Of a stretch of 64,000 bases of DNA, positions 1 to 11,569 are shown piece after piece. The translations under genes and the position numbers were made by a program. Below the pieces are notes generated by a model. That model did no database searches. It saw nothing but the letters and a program-made list of their open reading frames with translations, and was not told the DNA's origin. Each line of letters opens with the position of its first letter. Positions within the stretch are counted from its first letter, which is position 1. Source of the stretch: Squalus acanthias (Eukaryota); contig CM059432.1 of NCBI GenBank assembly GCA_030390025.1, forward strand, positions 90,150,001 to 90,214,000, in the 5' to 3' direction.

Positions 1-1423
1 AATGGCAGGCGCAAAGAAGCTGAATTTCTTGCCCTGAAGGTTTAATGCAAATGCGCTGTTTTGTGTAATATCCCATTTAGCCCAGTAGATTTTAGACACA
101 ACCAAGATGAAGAATGTATTTGAATAGTTTTGATTACATAAGTACAGTTACAGATTGATCTCTGAAACTAAGTTTATTCCTGAAATGCCACTCTACAAAA
201 ATAAGAGAATATTCAAAGGACAAGTATTCCAAATGTATATACACACAATAGACTTGCACTGCCTCCAGTTGCACTGGAATTAATCCACTAAGGAATATAG
301 TGCACTATTAAATGCATCCTTTTCCCCAGTTTACCTAATTAAGGTTGCCTAATTTGTTTCTAATATACGGTGTAAACAGAATATATAATGACTACCCATG
401 GAATATGACTTACATCCCACTCATTGTCCTGATCATGACTGCTCTTGAGTTGTTTGGTCATATCTCATGGGTGTTCATAATGGTCCTCTACATATGGTAC
501 TTTGGGTGATGATGCTATTGCAGTTGTTTGGTAAGAAATTTACATAGAATTCATGTTATGTTTGGTTAATGAATTTATGCCTCAACTAGTCTAGTATTTT
601 TCTTTGAATAAGAGCATTATTGTTTAATGTCTTTCTTGTGTCAATTTTTATGAGGGCATATTTTTCAGCCTGCATACTTAGTCCTCCTGGCATGGAACAT
701 GCAAGTGGGGGCCAAAAGATCAGACAAGAAATCACTTTCATGAAATCCCAGCCCAATTCACATCATGAACAATCTTCTGCCTTCAAATATAATAGGCTTA
801 AAAGGAAGCTATATGTGCAATGGAATTCATAAAGAGGAAGATGCTCTTCTTTATAGAAATGTTACTTTTCATTTTCCAGTACCTTTTTCATGCTATCATA
901 TTTTTACATTGTTTCCAGTTTTAAAAAAAGTTAATGTATTTTTAGACTTTTTTATAGCATGTAGGGAATGTTTATGTTGAAACAAAACATATCAAATATT
1001 GTCAGCAAATCACTAGAAAGTTGATTGAAATTGAATCATGCCACAGCAGGAAGAGCTTAAATATGGAGGAATCAAATCAAGGAGCTCGTACAATACCAAC
1101 TTCCAGGGCAGCTCTACAAGTGACACAGCATCTAAATGCAAGCTGTAACGCCCTGTGGCATGACCAAGTCAAGATAAAATTAAAGATGGGGTTTGGTTTT
1201 AAAGCACCCCAGATATAGTATTTCATATTTGAAGTAGTACAAGATTTTAAAAAAAGGGGATCAGCAGATACCAGAGCCAGACTGCCTACATCTGCCATTA
1301 TGCCAGGCCCTGGCACACCTCCCTGATAATGACCAGGGGTCAGCAGAGCTGTACTATCCACTGCAAGGATACTTGCAATAGGGGCAGCACTGCCACTGGC
1401 AATAAAGCTCACCACTACCCACT

Positions 1424-1470
1424 AACAGAGTTCTGACGAAAGGTCATCGATCTGAAACTTTAGCTCTGTT
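1424..1470 (+). ncRNA. Minimal type I hammerhead ribozyme-like motif (probably degenerate)
   Basis: Core boxes are CUGANGA (1433-1439) and GAAA (1454-1457). Stem II is AGGTC/GATCT with one G-U pair, and stem I is AACAGAG (1424-1430)/CTCTGTT (1464-1470). The stem III region reads AACTTT rather than a self-complementary AACGTT. Confidence 0.55.
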
Positions 1471-1526
1471 TCTCTCTCTGCAGATGCTGCCTGACCTGCT
1501 GAGTATTTCCAGCATTTTCTGTTTTT
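1424..1526 (+). mobile_element. Penelope-like element terminal (pLTR) fragment carrying a minimal hammerhead ribozyme motif
   Basis: Seen: AACAGAG-TT-CTGACGA-A-AGGTC-ATC-GATCT-GAAAC-TTTAG-CTCTGTT, followed by CAGATGCTGCCTGACCTGCTGAGTATTTCCAGCATTTT. A related copy lies on the minus strand at 2525-2615. The Penelope assignment rests on the known association of minimal hammerheads with Penelope-like elements and was not database-checked. Confidence 0.7.
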
Positions 1527-2524
1527 ACACAATTGATTGGATGCTCAATCACTGTCAAAGAAGACAAACAGCAATCAAAATACGTGTAGGTTCTTAGACT
1601 TAACACCAATTTCTTGGTTTGCAAATAATCTTTATTGAGTTCAACCTAGTCTTGACACACTCAATTTCTTAAGCAACAGTCATACAGAGAAATAAACGAT
1701 ATTACCCACTTTCTCTCTTGGTAGAGACGTAACAATCGTCGATTCTTTCGTTCTTGTCTCTCTCTACGAATTGTAAAGGAAAGCTTACAATCTTTATAGA
1801 GCTCTGGTCAGTACACCCATCCTTTGTAATCTTTATGATTCATTATGGCGTGATAAGAGTTGTTTTTCAGTTTAGTTGTTTTTCAGTTTTCCTAACTAAT
1901 CTGTTGATTATTGTTTTGTTTCTTTGTGATAAAGGCTACCCTCTATCTGAAAGACCTTTGACCCCTGATTCATCATTGCTTGTTAACAAAAAAACTCTCA
2001 ATGCTGATAAAAGCTTTTTCCTGCTAAAGGTCATCCATACCCTGAAGCATTCTGGGAATAAGCAAATTGACTATTTTATTATTTCTAGCTACAGTATAAG
2101 TCTGCAAGCTATACGTGATAAGAAAACAAAAACTTTAATCATATGAGATTAAACCAAATCCTAACCCAACATATATATGTATACAAGAATAGCGTATCTT
2201 ACCCTATAGAGTATAAGTACCACATGTTCTGGAATTCAAAGCTCCTAAGATCAGTTTATGCACTCGATTCTACTCATCTGTCCAGCACTATGAGTACCGT
2301 TGCAAGAAATATATATTTTTGCAACTCTGACGATAAAATGAAGGAAACACTGGAGCTCTGCAGATCACCTGTGTGAGTTCAGCCCCTCTTAGAAATAGAT
2401 CAAATGTATTTAGGAGGGAGCATCCATGGTCTAAAGGTACAGTTATGACACTGCAATAAAATGCTTCAAACTTGGAAATTCTAAGTGCAATATTCAGTCT
2501 GCCACTCCAAGAAACTTCTGTCTA

Positions 2525-2653
2525 CTAAAATGCTGGAAACACTCAGCAAGTCAGGTAGCATCTGTGGAGAAAGGAAAATAGTTGACATTTCAGGTCTGTA
2601 TGATACTTCATCAGAGTTCTGATGAAGGGTTATGTGGATCTGAAATGTAAACT
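2525..2653. mobile_element. Inverted (divergent) pair of the same Penelope-like terminal fragment
   Basis: 2525-2615 is a diverged reverse complement of the 1431-1526 repeat (AAAATGCTGGAAACACTCAGCAAGTCAGGTAGCATCTG). It abuts a forward partial copy, TCTGATGAAGGGTTATGTGGATCTGAAATG. The junction palindrome is CTTCATCAGA-GT-TCTGATGAAG (2606-2627). Confidence 0.65.
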
Positions 2654-5175
2654 TTTTTCCTTTTTAGCTTTTTGGTGGAAGAAAAGAGCACCAACAGAGG
2701 AATTTCAGGCAGGGCAGGCTGGATCAGAGGGGCTCTGAGCTCACCCAATGTTACCCTTGCAATTGATTTTACAAACACAGACCTTACCTTGTATTGTCAG
2801 AGGATTAATGCATGCAGAGGCGTAAATTCCCAAGGGAGGCTGTGGCAGCAAAGCTAACAACAAGAATGCAATATGCAAATGGCTGAATAACCTTAATGCT
2901 GGAAGATTTTTCAGTAGCACCTCAATCACAGTATTTCATGTTTTAAATGGTACTAGATGAAAAATGACATGCTAGGGAGATCAGCAGCCAGCAGAGCCTG
3001 GTTTGCCACACCTGCTACCAACCATAGCGAAAATGCTAACATCAATTGCGCTGGTTTTGAATGAGGAATTAGAAAATCCCAAAAGTAGGACTTGAGCCTT
3101 TTCTGAATCAGGGTCAAACAGCCTGGTTTTATACAGCCAGACTGTGCTGGGATCACTGGAGGTTCTCACTTAGGATGCACTAGAATCCCATTAAGACTTC
3201 AAATATTATTTAAATTCAGCCAGCCACAATTTCCCCAAATTTGCCCAGGAAATAAAATGATTGCTTTTGAGCTTTTCTCTCTTAATGCTGCGTTGTACTC
3301 ATTCAGTCTAGTTTCAAAGATAATTGCAAATTTTGTGTTTTGGGTTCTTTTTTGCATTTTATTTGGTGCATTTATTTATTCTTTAGCTTTTGGCTTTTTT
3401 TGCACTTTATTTGCTTTTTCTGTGTTGTGTTTTCTAATAGAACCGCTTCAGTGCCCATAATCATTACAAAGAGCGTTCTTCTAAATATTTCTTTGTACTC
3501 AAGGGACTTGAGGATAAGCAGAAGTTGCAGAGGAATGATCAGAGAAAGGCCATCTGCCTTTGAGGCAGCCAGCATGGGCCCACTGTTACCCAAGTACGCA
3601 GGTCTATAGACCCCACCAGAGCTACTTGGGCATTTCAAGGAAGATAAGATTTTGCCACCTACGCTTCACCAGGGAGACCTTTCTCCAGGTCAGGATTGGG
3701 CCATGTATTTATGTGGGTAATTTTCCAACTTTGCACTCCTGGCGGGAAGCCCTACCTGCTAAGAACACATATCAAAAGTTCAAATTTTCTCAAAATGATG
3801 AGAAAACCCAAATTTCCAATTTGTTCTCCTAGTGATTAATGCTCCCCACTGGGAGCATCAAGTCAGAAAATGACCCCTTATGTGCCACCTTGTTGTAAAA
3901 GCTGAAATATTCTTGACTCTTCTGTTGGCACCAGAGGCCATGTTACACTGCGGCAAGCGTTGCAGCCATTTTTGTCCCCCAACCCCAAATGAGGCAGATG
4001 CCTGAGCAGTACTGTAAATGGCCAAGCATCTGCCCTAATTATGTAAATCAACTGTGGTTAAATAGGCAGCGATCAGGGGCGTAGACAAGGGGCAAGTCGA
4101 AGTCTCACCCTGTTGAGGCTGCCGCGAAACACGAATGGAGGCTGAATCCATATGTGGAAAACAAGAAAACTTTAATTCACTGCATGGCACACAAAATGGC
4201 TGAGAGAGCTGCTCCCAGAATTCTCTGGAAAAACTCCCAGAATTCTCTGGGTAAAACCTGAGGCCCCGCCCCCATCTGCCTTAAAGGTAATGTGCCTTAA
4301 AGGGAAGGTGCTGGAAATTTGTCCACAGACGGAAGAGTGGATTATGCCTGTTTTAGGTGGCGATCCGCCACAACCCCACCAACGATCTACCACCATTGTT
4401 ACAAAAATGAATATCAGCCCCACAATGAATCAGAACCAACAAAAGAGGAAAATGGAGTAAATACATACATGCATATATAACTTATTGGGTCATGTTCAGA
4501 AGAAAAATGATTCTATTTACCATATGGGAGCTTGTGTGCCTTCTCTTGTTACAAGAGGTTTGCCAAGTACAGATGTTTGGCACTCAAACTGCCACAAGTT
4601 GAGACAGGCTGCCTTCTTCCCTGAACATGGCTACAATGGTGTCTTTCCATTCAGCTGCGATTATCTAAATCAAAATTTATAGTTGTGCAATCTCTGCTGC
4701 CAATTTTTGAAAGTAAAGATTATAGTCCAGAAATTACCATCGGTGATAATAGTTACGCCCGTAGCAAAAGTGCGATAGTGGTCAGTAAAGCCAGAGTGTG
4801 AATTTCCACACATTTCCTCCCCAATTTCCACCTGTGGTAAAATTACTCTGAAGGTGTTGGGGCTGCCATGCATTAATAATTAATTGTGCTTGTTGTTTCT
4901 CGCATAATTGGTCATTGAGGTGGAAATGTACCAAATTACAGGCTTCACAGATCACACTTGCAACATATTCCTATTGCCCATGTGAATTGTGCTTTGCAGC
5001 TGAGCTATGTTCTGGTTAGTTGCGATTGTAAAGGAAACTGATGTTTCACTGTACTTTAACTGACAAAGTTTGCTATAAATGGGATTAATTTTAGTGCTTC
5101 CTGTCACAACGTAGTTGAGGATATTGAGCTGGTACACAGAAGGAGCCAAAGATATCTGGTGATACCAAAGACATA

Positions 5176-7256
5176 GGGGGTGAAATTCGATAAGGCCGGA
5201 AAATAGGTGCAGGCACCACGATGCAAGATATGCCTGCGCCCGTTCAGAAAGCACAGGCAGCAGGCTGTCAGCAGGGGGCCGAAGTTCGCATCGTTGGAGT
5301 GAGGCTAGCTTTACTTAAAGCTAGCCTGCTCCTCTTCAAGGCAGTCTACACATTCCTCTGCTCATAAAGTTGAATTGCCTTCTGAAAAAAAAATTACAAT
5401 CCTTCAGCACTAGGCAGTCAGCAACTCTAAAATATGAGCTAACTTCGGCACGTAAAGTTTTTTAAAGTCCTTCAGAACTAGGCAGTCTTCAGCACTTGAA
5501 GCTAAACTGCCTTCTGCAAGTAAAAAATGCTAAAAGTGCTTCAGCAATAATACAAATGGTTCAACAGGCAAGGAAAAGGACACCCAGGGTCTCGCACGCA
5601 GCACTCCAGCTTAATGCAGGGGGTCAACACTGGAAGAGAGGTCCTCTACCCACAGGGGGCCAGCAAGCCCTCTAGAAAGAAGGATGTGGGACCAGATCAC
5701 TGAGGTCGTCACTGCCAGCAGTGTCACCCCCCAGGACCTGGCTCCAGTGCCCAAAGAAGTTGCATGGCCTCAGACGAGTGGTCAAGGTCAGTGAATGCAT
5801 CTTCAAAAGCCGTCTCCTACAAACTGCACCACTAGCCTCACACACTGCTCATTGCACAACCCCCGCGCCCCATCAGTCACCTACCAACAGCCTCTTCCAA
5901 ACACGAGGCACACCTCTCATTCCTAGCTTCACCTCACCCTCTTGGAGGAGACGGTGCAGGCCATTCTTGGCAGGGGCATGGCTGAGCCCTTGGTCAGCGG
6001 CGGGGCTGAAAGAATACAAGATGCTAGTATCCCACCTCCCCTTCATCGCACAATCCCTATTAGTTTATAAGCTGCACATGGTGTAAGCATGCACCTCTTG
6101 CTTTACCCGCCTCCCCTCTCCAGAACCCTGCCCTTGTGCCTTCCTCATTTCAGACACCCAAGAAATCCAGCCTGCCCAGACATTGTTTAACCAAGAAGAG
6201 GGAGAGAAGAGGGAAGAAGAAGAAGAAACACAGTCACACTATTTCACATTCCCAGCCACCGGCCCCTCGAGGTCATCCTGCAAGGCCATCTGCAGTGTCC
6301 CCCACTGAAAGTCAGCAGCCTTCCACCAGCCATGCAGCAGCCACTGGGGTAGCACTGCGTAGGAGCACTAGGATAGGCAAATGAACACGAAAGACAAACA
6401 CTAAAAGAATGCACAAGGGTAATTAGTTGATTATTTGATGTCATATTGGATGTATATATGGATGAAGTTGGATTGGAAAGTTTGCTTCGTGGTGGCTTTT
6501 ATTTCAGCAATGCGGCCAAGATGATGCTGTGATGGTCAGTAACAGAGGGAAGGTAAGGTGTGGGACAAATGTTGAAAGGGGAATTGGGGTTGTGGTCACT
6601 GGTACCGCAGGCGGATGATTCGATCCCGGATATCCCGAGCCAGAAAGGGGCTGTCTGCGTTGCCTCCTTCCTTCTGCTTTTTCCTCTTCTGCTTCCTCCT
6701 CCTTCTATAAATATGTGATGCTGCAGCCCAAGGGGGACTGCAACTAGAACCCCCAGGATTGCGAGCAAGTGATCTTCTCAGAGGCCTTCCTTTAACAGCC
6801 AAAGCCTGGCAATCATCCAGCAGCACGCCCTGCACACTTTAACAATTTTTTTAATGTATTGAACCAAGCCATTACTCCAATAAAATGTAAACAAAAAAGC
6901 CCATATGCAAAAATCGAAACTTATCTGAAATTTGTGTGTATCCCTTTAAGAAGCACTGGCAGCGTTTCTATTGTATTGCTGCACACACGTTCTTCCATGC
7001 GTGGTTTAGAGAGGGCGGTATCAAGAGCGGCGACATCGAAAATCACAGATCGTGCGTCAATCGTTGCACGCCAATTGACCTCACGATCTGCATCATTTAA
7101 ATGTGGGCAGTGAGCCCAGGCAACGGCAGCGCTGCCGACCTGCCCAAAATGTTGGCCACCGCGTTCCGCGCCGGTAGTGGGCGGAAGTGAGGCGGCCGCC
7201 ATTTTTTCTGCAAAACCAGCCTTAACCGCCACACTAAAACTCCCAATTTCGTGGCC
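5176..7256. mobile_element. Internally deleted, non-autonomous PIF/Harbinger-type DNA transposon
   Basis: Imperfect TIRs GGGGGTGAAATT / AATTTCGTGGCC (8 of 12 match) with ATA on both flanks (5173-5175, 7257-7259), consistent with a 3-bp TSD. The subterminal regions are CpG-richer than the flanks, and there is an internal Myb/SANT-like pseudogene. Confidence 0.6.
5556..5786 (+). pseudogene. Frameshifted Myb/SANT-like (trihelix, MSANTD/NAIF1-type) DNA-binding exon of a Harbinger element
   Basis: Translation across frameshifts gives MVQQARKRTPRVSHAALQ / LMQGVNTGREVLYPQGASKPSRK / DQITEVVTASSVTP / RTWLQCPKKLHGLRRVVK, ending at the donor-like AAG|GTCAGT. This fits the family pattern R.P.F...L..L / W..I...V / RT..QC.KK...L. 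Confidence 0.7.
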
Positions 7257-7804
7257 ATACAGTCCAGATCTGCTACTTTCCTACCCATTAGGTATACCAG
7301 CCCAGGTACAGCTAGCTAGCAATAACTAAAGGACACTGCCTCTGGAGGCTTAGACGGAAAGCAGTTACAGAACTGTGCCTTCTGCTTCAGAAAGACCTGC
7401 AACCAAGCTCGAATGGCACTGCAGCCATCAATATGACCAAGTCCCTTATTTTTTTATGCCTCTGGCTCCTTCCTGGCTAGCACAGGGTACATCTGCAGTA
7501 GGAGCCAATTTGCTGTCCATAGGTACATCAAACAGTTGACTGATGCTTTGTACAGGAGGGCCAACACCTACATCTCCTTTCCCATGAAAACAGCAGCATA
7601 ACGAGGCTGCTCAATTCCACCAGACTGTTGGCTCTTCGAAAGTACAGGGCTGATTGCACCCATGTAGCCATCTGGAGGGCCGCCTCCACACTATCAAAAA
7701 GGTAAGTCAAAAATGTTTTTATTTAGATGTGAAGTCAGGAGGAGCAGGAGTGCTTTTCCAGGCTCTACAGCACACCTGAGGCCCACTGCGGGACTGCGAT
7801 CAAA

Positions 7805-8830
7805 CCCCCCACCCCCGCCCCCTCCCCTCGCCCCGCCCCCTCCCCTCGCCCCGCCCCTCCCCTCCCCCCGCCCCTCCCCCTCCCCCCGCCCCCTCCCCTC
7901 GCCCCGCCCCCTCCCCTCGCCCCGCCCCCTCCCCTCGCCCCGCCCCCTCCCTCCACCCCGCCCCTCCCCCTCCCTCCGCCCCGCCCCCTCCCTCCGCCCC
8001 GCCCCCTCCCCTCGCCCCGCCCCTCCCTCCGCCCCGCCCCCTCCCTCCGCCCCGCCCCTCCCTCCGCCCCGCCCCTCCCCCCGCCCCTCCCCCTCCCCCC
8101 GCCCTGCCCCGCCCCACCCCCCCGCCCCTCCCCTCCCCCCGCCCCCCTCCCCCCGCCCCCTCCCTCCGCCCCGCCCCTCCCCCTCCCCCCGCCCTGCCCC
8201 GCCCCCCCCCCCGCCCCTCCCCTCCCCCCGCCCCCTCCCCTCCCCCCGCCCCCTCCCTCCGCCCCGCCCTCCCCCTCCCCCCGCCCCTCCCCCGCCCCCT
8301 CCCCTCGCCCCGCCCCCTCCCTCCGCCCCGCCCCTCCCTCCGCCCCGCCCCACCCCCGCCCCCTCCCCTCGCCCCGCCCCTCCCCCCCCCCCCCCCCCCC
8401 CTCCCCTCCCCCGCCCCCTCCCCTCACCCCGCCCCCTCCCCTCGCCCCGCCCCCTCCCTCCGCCCCGCCCCTCCCCCTCCCCCCCGCCCCTCCCTCCGCC
8501 CCCTCCCCCCCCCCCCCCTCCCTCCGCCCCCTCCCCTCGCCCCGCCCCCTCCCCTCGCCCCGCCCCCTCCCTCCGCCCCGCCCCCTCCCTCCGCCCCGCC
8601 CCACCCCCGCCCCCTCCCCTCGCCCCGCCCCTCCCCCTCCCCCCGCCCCCTCCCCTCGCCCCGCCCCCTCCCTCCGCCCCGCCCCTCCCCCTCCCCCCGC
8701 CCCTCCCTCCGCCCCCTCCCCTCGCCCCGCCCCCTCCCTCCGCCCCGCCCCTCCCCTCCCCTCCCCCCGCCCCTCCCCCTCCCCCCGCCCTGCCCCGCCC
8801 CACCCCCCCATCATCCCGCCCACCCCCCCC
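7805..8830. repeat. C-rich minisatellite / low-complexity tract with ~17-18 bp units such as CCCCGCCCCCTCCCCTCG
   Basis: About 1 kb of C runs separated by single G or T, with almost no A. The 6-residue periodicity (PSPRPL) in the spurious ORF reflects an 18-bp unit. Confidence 0.95.
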
Positions 8831-11569
8831 ATAACTATTGGCAGATTTCTAGCAGTAAAATCACATTTCTGTTTCTGTTGCCAACATGCATAGGCTATCT
8901 TAGGATGTTAACAGTAAATCTGTCATAAATTTTCAGTTAATTTCATAGAAATAACAAGAAGGTGTAGATAGTGTCTTGCTGCAATTACTCCTTCTTCATT
9001 TTCTTTCAGTACTTTTGTTATTTTATAATGAAAAATGCCAATGAGCTAGTAAAAAGTTCAGCTTGATTTCTTTGCAAATAATGTAATAATTATTTGACTG
9101 GAGTGTGCATTAAACCATTTGCAGCATTTCTACTTGCAGCAGGGTTTCTGAAATTTTATGAGCTGCCACATTGTATATATCTTGCTGACCTGAGGAAAAT
9201 TAATATTTAAAAAAAATCAATCTTTAGGACCTGGATCTAGTCACTGAACCACCAGGGAACACTGATGACAGTTTTCATTGCTTTTCAGCCAAAATATATT
9301 TTTCTATTCTGTGCCAATTCATACGGTTGGTTTACTACTGAAATAAGGAAACTGGCGCAGACATAAGACACATCCAATAACATTTTACAAATAGATCGTT
9401 GGTGCAGAAGTGTACATTGGAGACTTTTCTTCACCTCCTGCTAAAAAAACTTGTACGTAGCTCCAAAAGGTCAGGACTTCAATTCTTGATTATTTCTAAA
9501 TATAGCATGTAGGGTTATATTTTCCTCTGGGTGTCAATTTAATAAACAAAGTAAGAAAGAAAACAGGTGAGCAAGACTTGTCGAAAGCAGTATCAAACAT
9601 TTACTGTGCTCGAAGACTCTCTCACAGCCTAAACTGGGTATAATGAAATTAGTGGCAAACAAAGAACTCAGGGCCAACCTTCCTCTCCAGGGCCCACTGG
9701 CCACCCAACAGGCACATTCTACAAGAGGTGTACTCCATCTATGAAGGGCAGAGTGAGCTCCATTATCCTGGCTCAGGCTCTTTGCATGCCTGGGTATACT
9801 TCTGCCAAAGGTGCACCCCTTAGGAGGAACTGGCAACAGGAGCAAAGCTAAGGATGTGAGAGGCCTGCACCTATTCTCCTGGCCACCCGCATCAGGCCCA
9901 TCTAGCTGCTGCTGGCCTGATGATCACCCAGGAGGGTAAATAAGTCACCAACCATCTGTCTTCTTGGATCTTCAGGCTTCCCCCAGGCTGCCCATAAAAC
10001 CTTCAATCCATAGAGGATTCTGGCACAAGCCCCACAGCCAGATTTGTCGGAGCACCTCTTTGCGTGGGTACCGCATGGGTGCAGAGAGAGAAAAGTGAAG
10101 CAGTAGATGGGAAACACCCTCTTCCACCTTATTATAATGCCTACGCTGGCCTTATGCCTAGTCCAGTGCAGGCCCACATGCTATTTTGGGGAAGCCCCAG
10201 AAATTTCAGTGCTGTAATCTGACAAAAACAGCCCCTCCAATTCCGCCCAGACTCCGCACCGGTTTCCTGAGTCAACAGTAATTTCCAAGCAGGCTGGGCT
10301 CCTGGCACGCTTCCTGCCACCAAGAGGCAGCTTTCCACTGCCAATGAGGAATGTTGGGTTGTGCTGCAGCAAGACCACCGCTGCAGCCCCTGAAGAGATG
10401 GTGAGGGGCCTTAAAGGGGCAGAAAAGACCTAAAAATAAAAGCCGAGATCTAAATAGGCAAGTGCATGGAGCAGAAATGGAGGAAAAGGTGGCCTCTATT
10501 GGGCTCTCTCCCTCAATTAAAAGAATGTTGGGGCCTCAGCACTACTACCCTGGGCCGACTGCCACATTTCAACAGGTAGAGGAGCAGCGGTAAGGGAGCA
10601 AATATAGGCAAATACATTGGGAAACCCAGGTCCCACTTCCCCACCAGCATTTGCATGGGGAAGGGCTGGGTGGCTCTCGCAGGAGTGAAATCGATAATCC
10701 AGGTCAAGATGGTGAAGCTGTGGCAGGCCTTGTTGCTCCATTTTTCCACCATTTTCATTATTTCAGGGTGGAATAGCAGAGCAAAATACAGTCCGATGGA
10801 TCTCCATCCACATTTCCTCTTCGTAGTGGCTGGGAACTGAGCATTTCCCGGGCATAATATCAAACAAAATATGCCCTCTTGATACTTAAGGGCTTATTAA
10901 GAACTGTGAAGGCCTTTATAAAACTGAGCCCAACTCCAGTACAGTGTACCTGTTGGGTACCCAGTGGGCATCTGGAGAGGAAAATCCATCTTAATTTCTT
11001 TATTTTTGTCGATCTGAGAAACTCCTGCAGAATTGAGCAGTGTGTGATATGAACAAACAGTGAGTCAGGAACTCTCACTCAGATGGGTATTAGTCATATG
11101 AAGAAAGGGCAAGATTTGGATGTATCAGCACAGTATTGATAGAAGTGAATTTTTCAGATGATTTTTTAGCCCCACAAAATGGGTGTAACAGTCATTGTCA
11201 GTTATTTTATTGTGCAACAGAATATGATAGAGCAACAAGCTTGGGAGTGTAGAGGGGATCGGAGGCATACTCTCACAGATCAAGCTACCCCAGCGAGCAT
11301 TTGTACTACAACATACAGCTACCCCAGGATGATGCAAGACTGCCACATGATGAAGTTCAGGCTCAACATGAACACTGTGACTGACTGTGAAAACCCGGGT
11401 AGCGCTCACTGCCACGCCCTCCCCAGTGGAACTGGGTGCTGCTGCTCCTTTGCTGGGCTGACACAAGGACAACGAGCACTTGCGTGAACTGCTGAAGGAT
11501 TGCCGGAGTTAAGGAATGGGGTAAGAGTGGGAAAGGAAGGTGGGGCTGGTCCCTGCCAGATTGTCCTTT

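Noticed and set aside
406..510. 34-codon hydrophobic ORF (MTYIPLIVLIMTALELFGHISWVFIMVLYIWYFG)
   Set aside because: It is short, with no homology I recognise and no supporting gene signals, so it is compatible with chance.
2203..2326. Minus-strand segment with good acceptor (TTTCCTTCATTTTATCGTCAG) and donor (AGG|GTAAGA)
   Set aside because: All three frames contain stops, so it is not an internal coding exon. A non-coding exon cannot be supported without transcripts.
3257..3609. Hydrophobic Phe-rich ORFs resembling membrane proteins
   Set aside because: They derive from a T-rich low-complexity stretch and show no recognisable family.
7694..8834. Long Pro-rich and Gly/Arg-rich ORFs (355-373 aa) resembling extensin, formin or RGG proteins
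   Set aside because: The tract is nearly devoid of A, so stops are absent in several frames on both strands. There is no flanking domain or gene context.
9511..10991. Possible larger TIR element (ATTTTCCTCT ... AGAGGAAAAT) over a GC-richer patchwork
   Set aside because: The match is only 10 bp with no clear TSD. The region is probably decayed MITEs, but boundaries cannot be supported.
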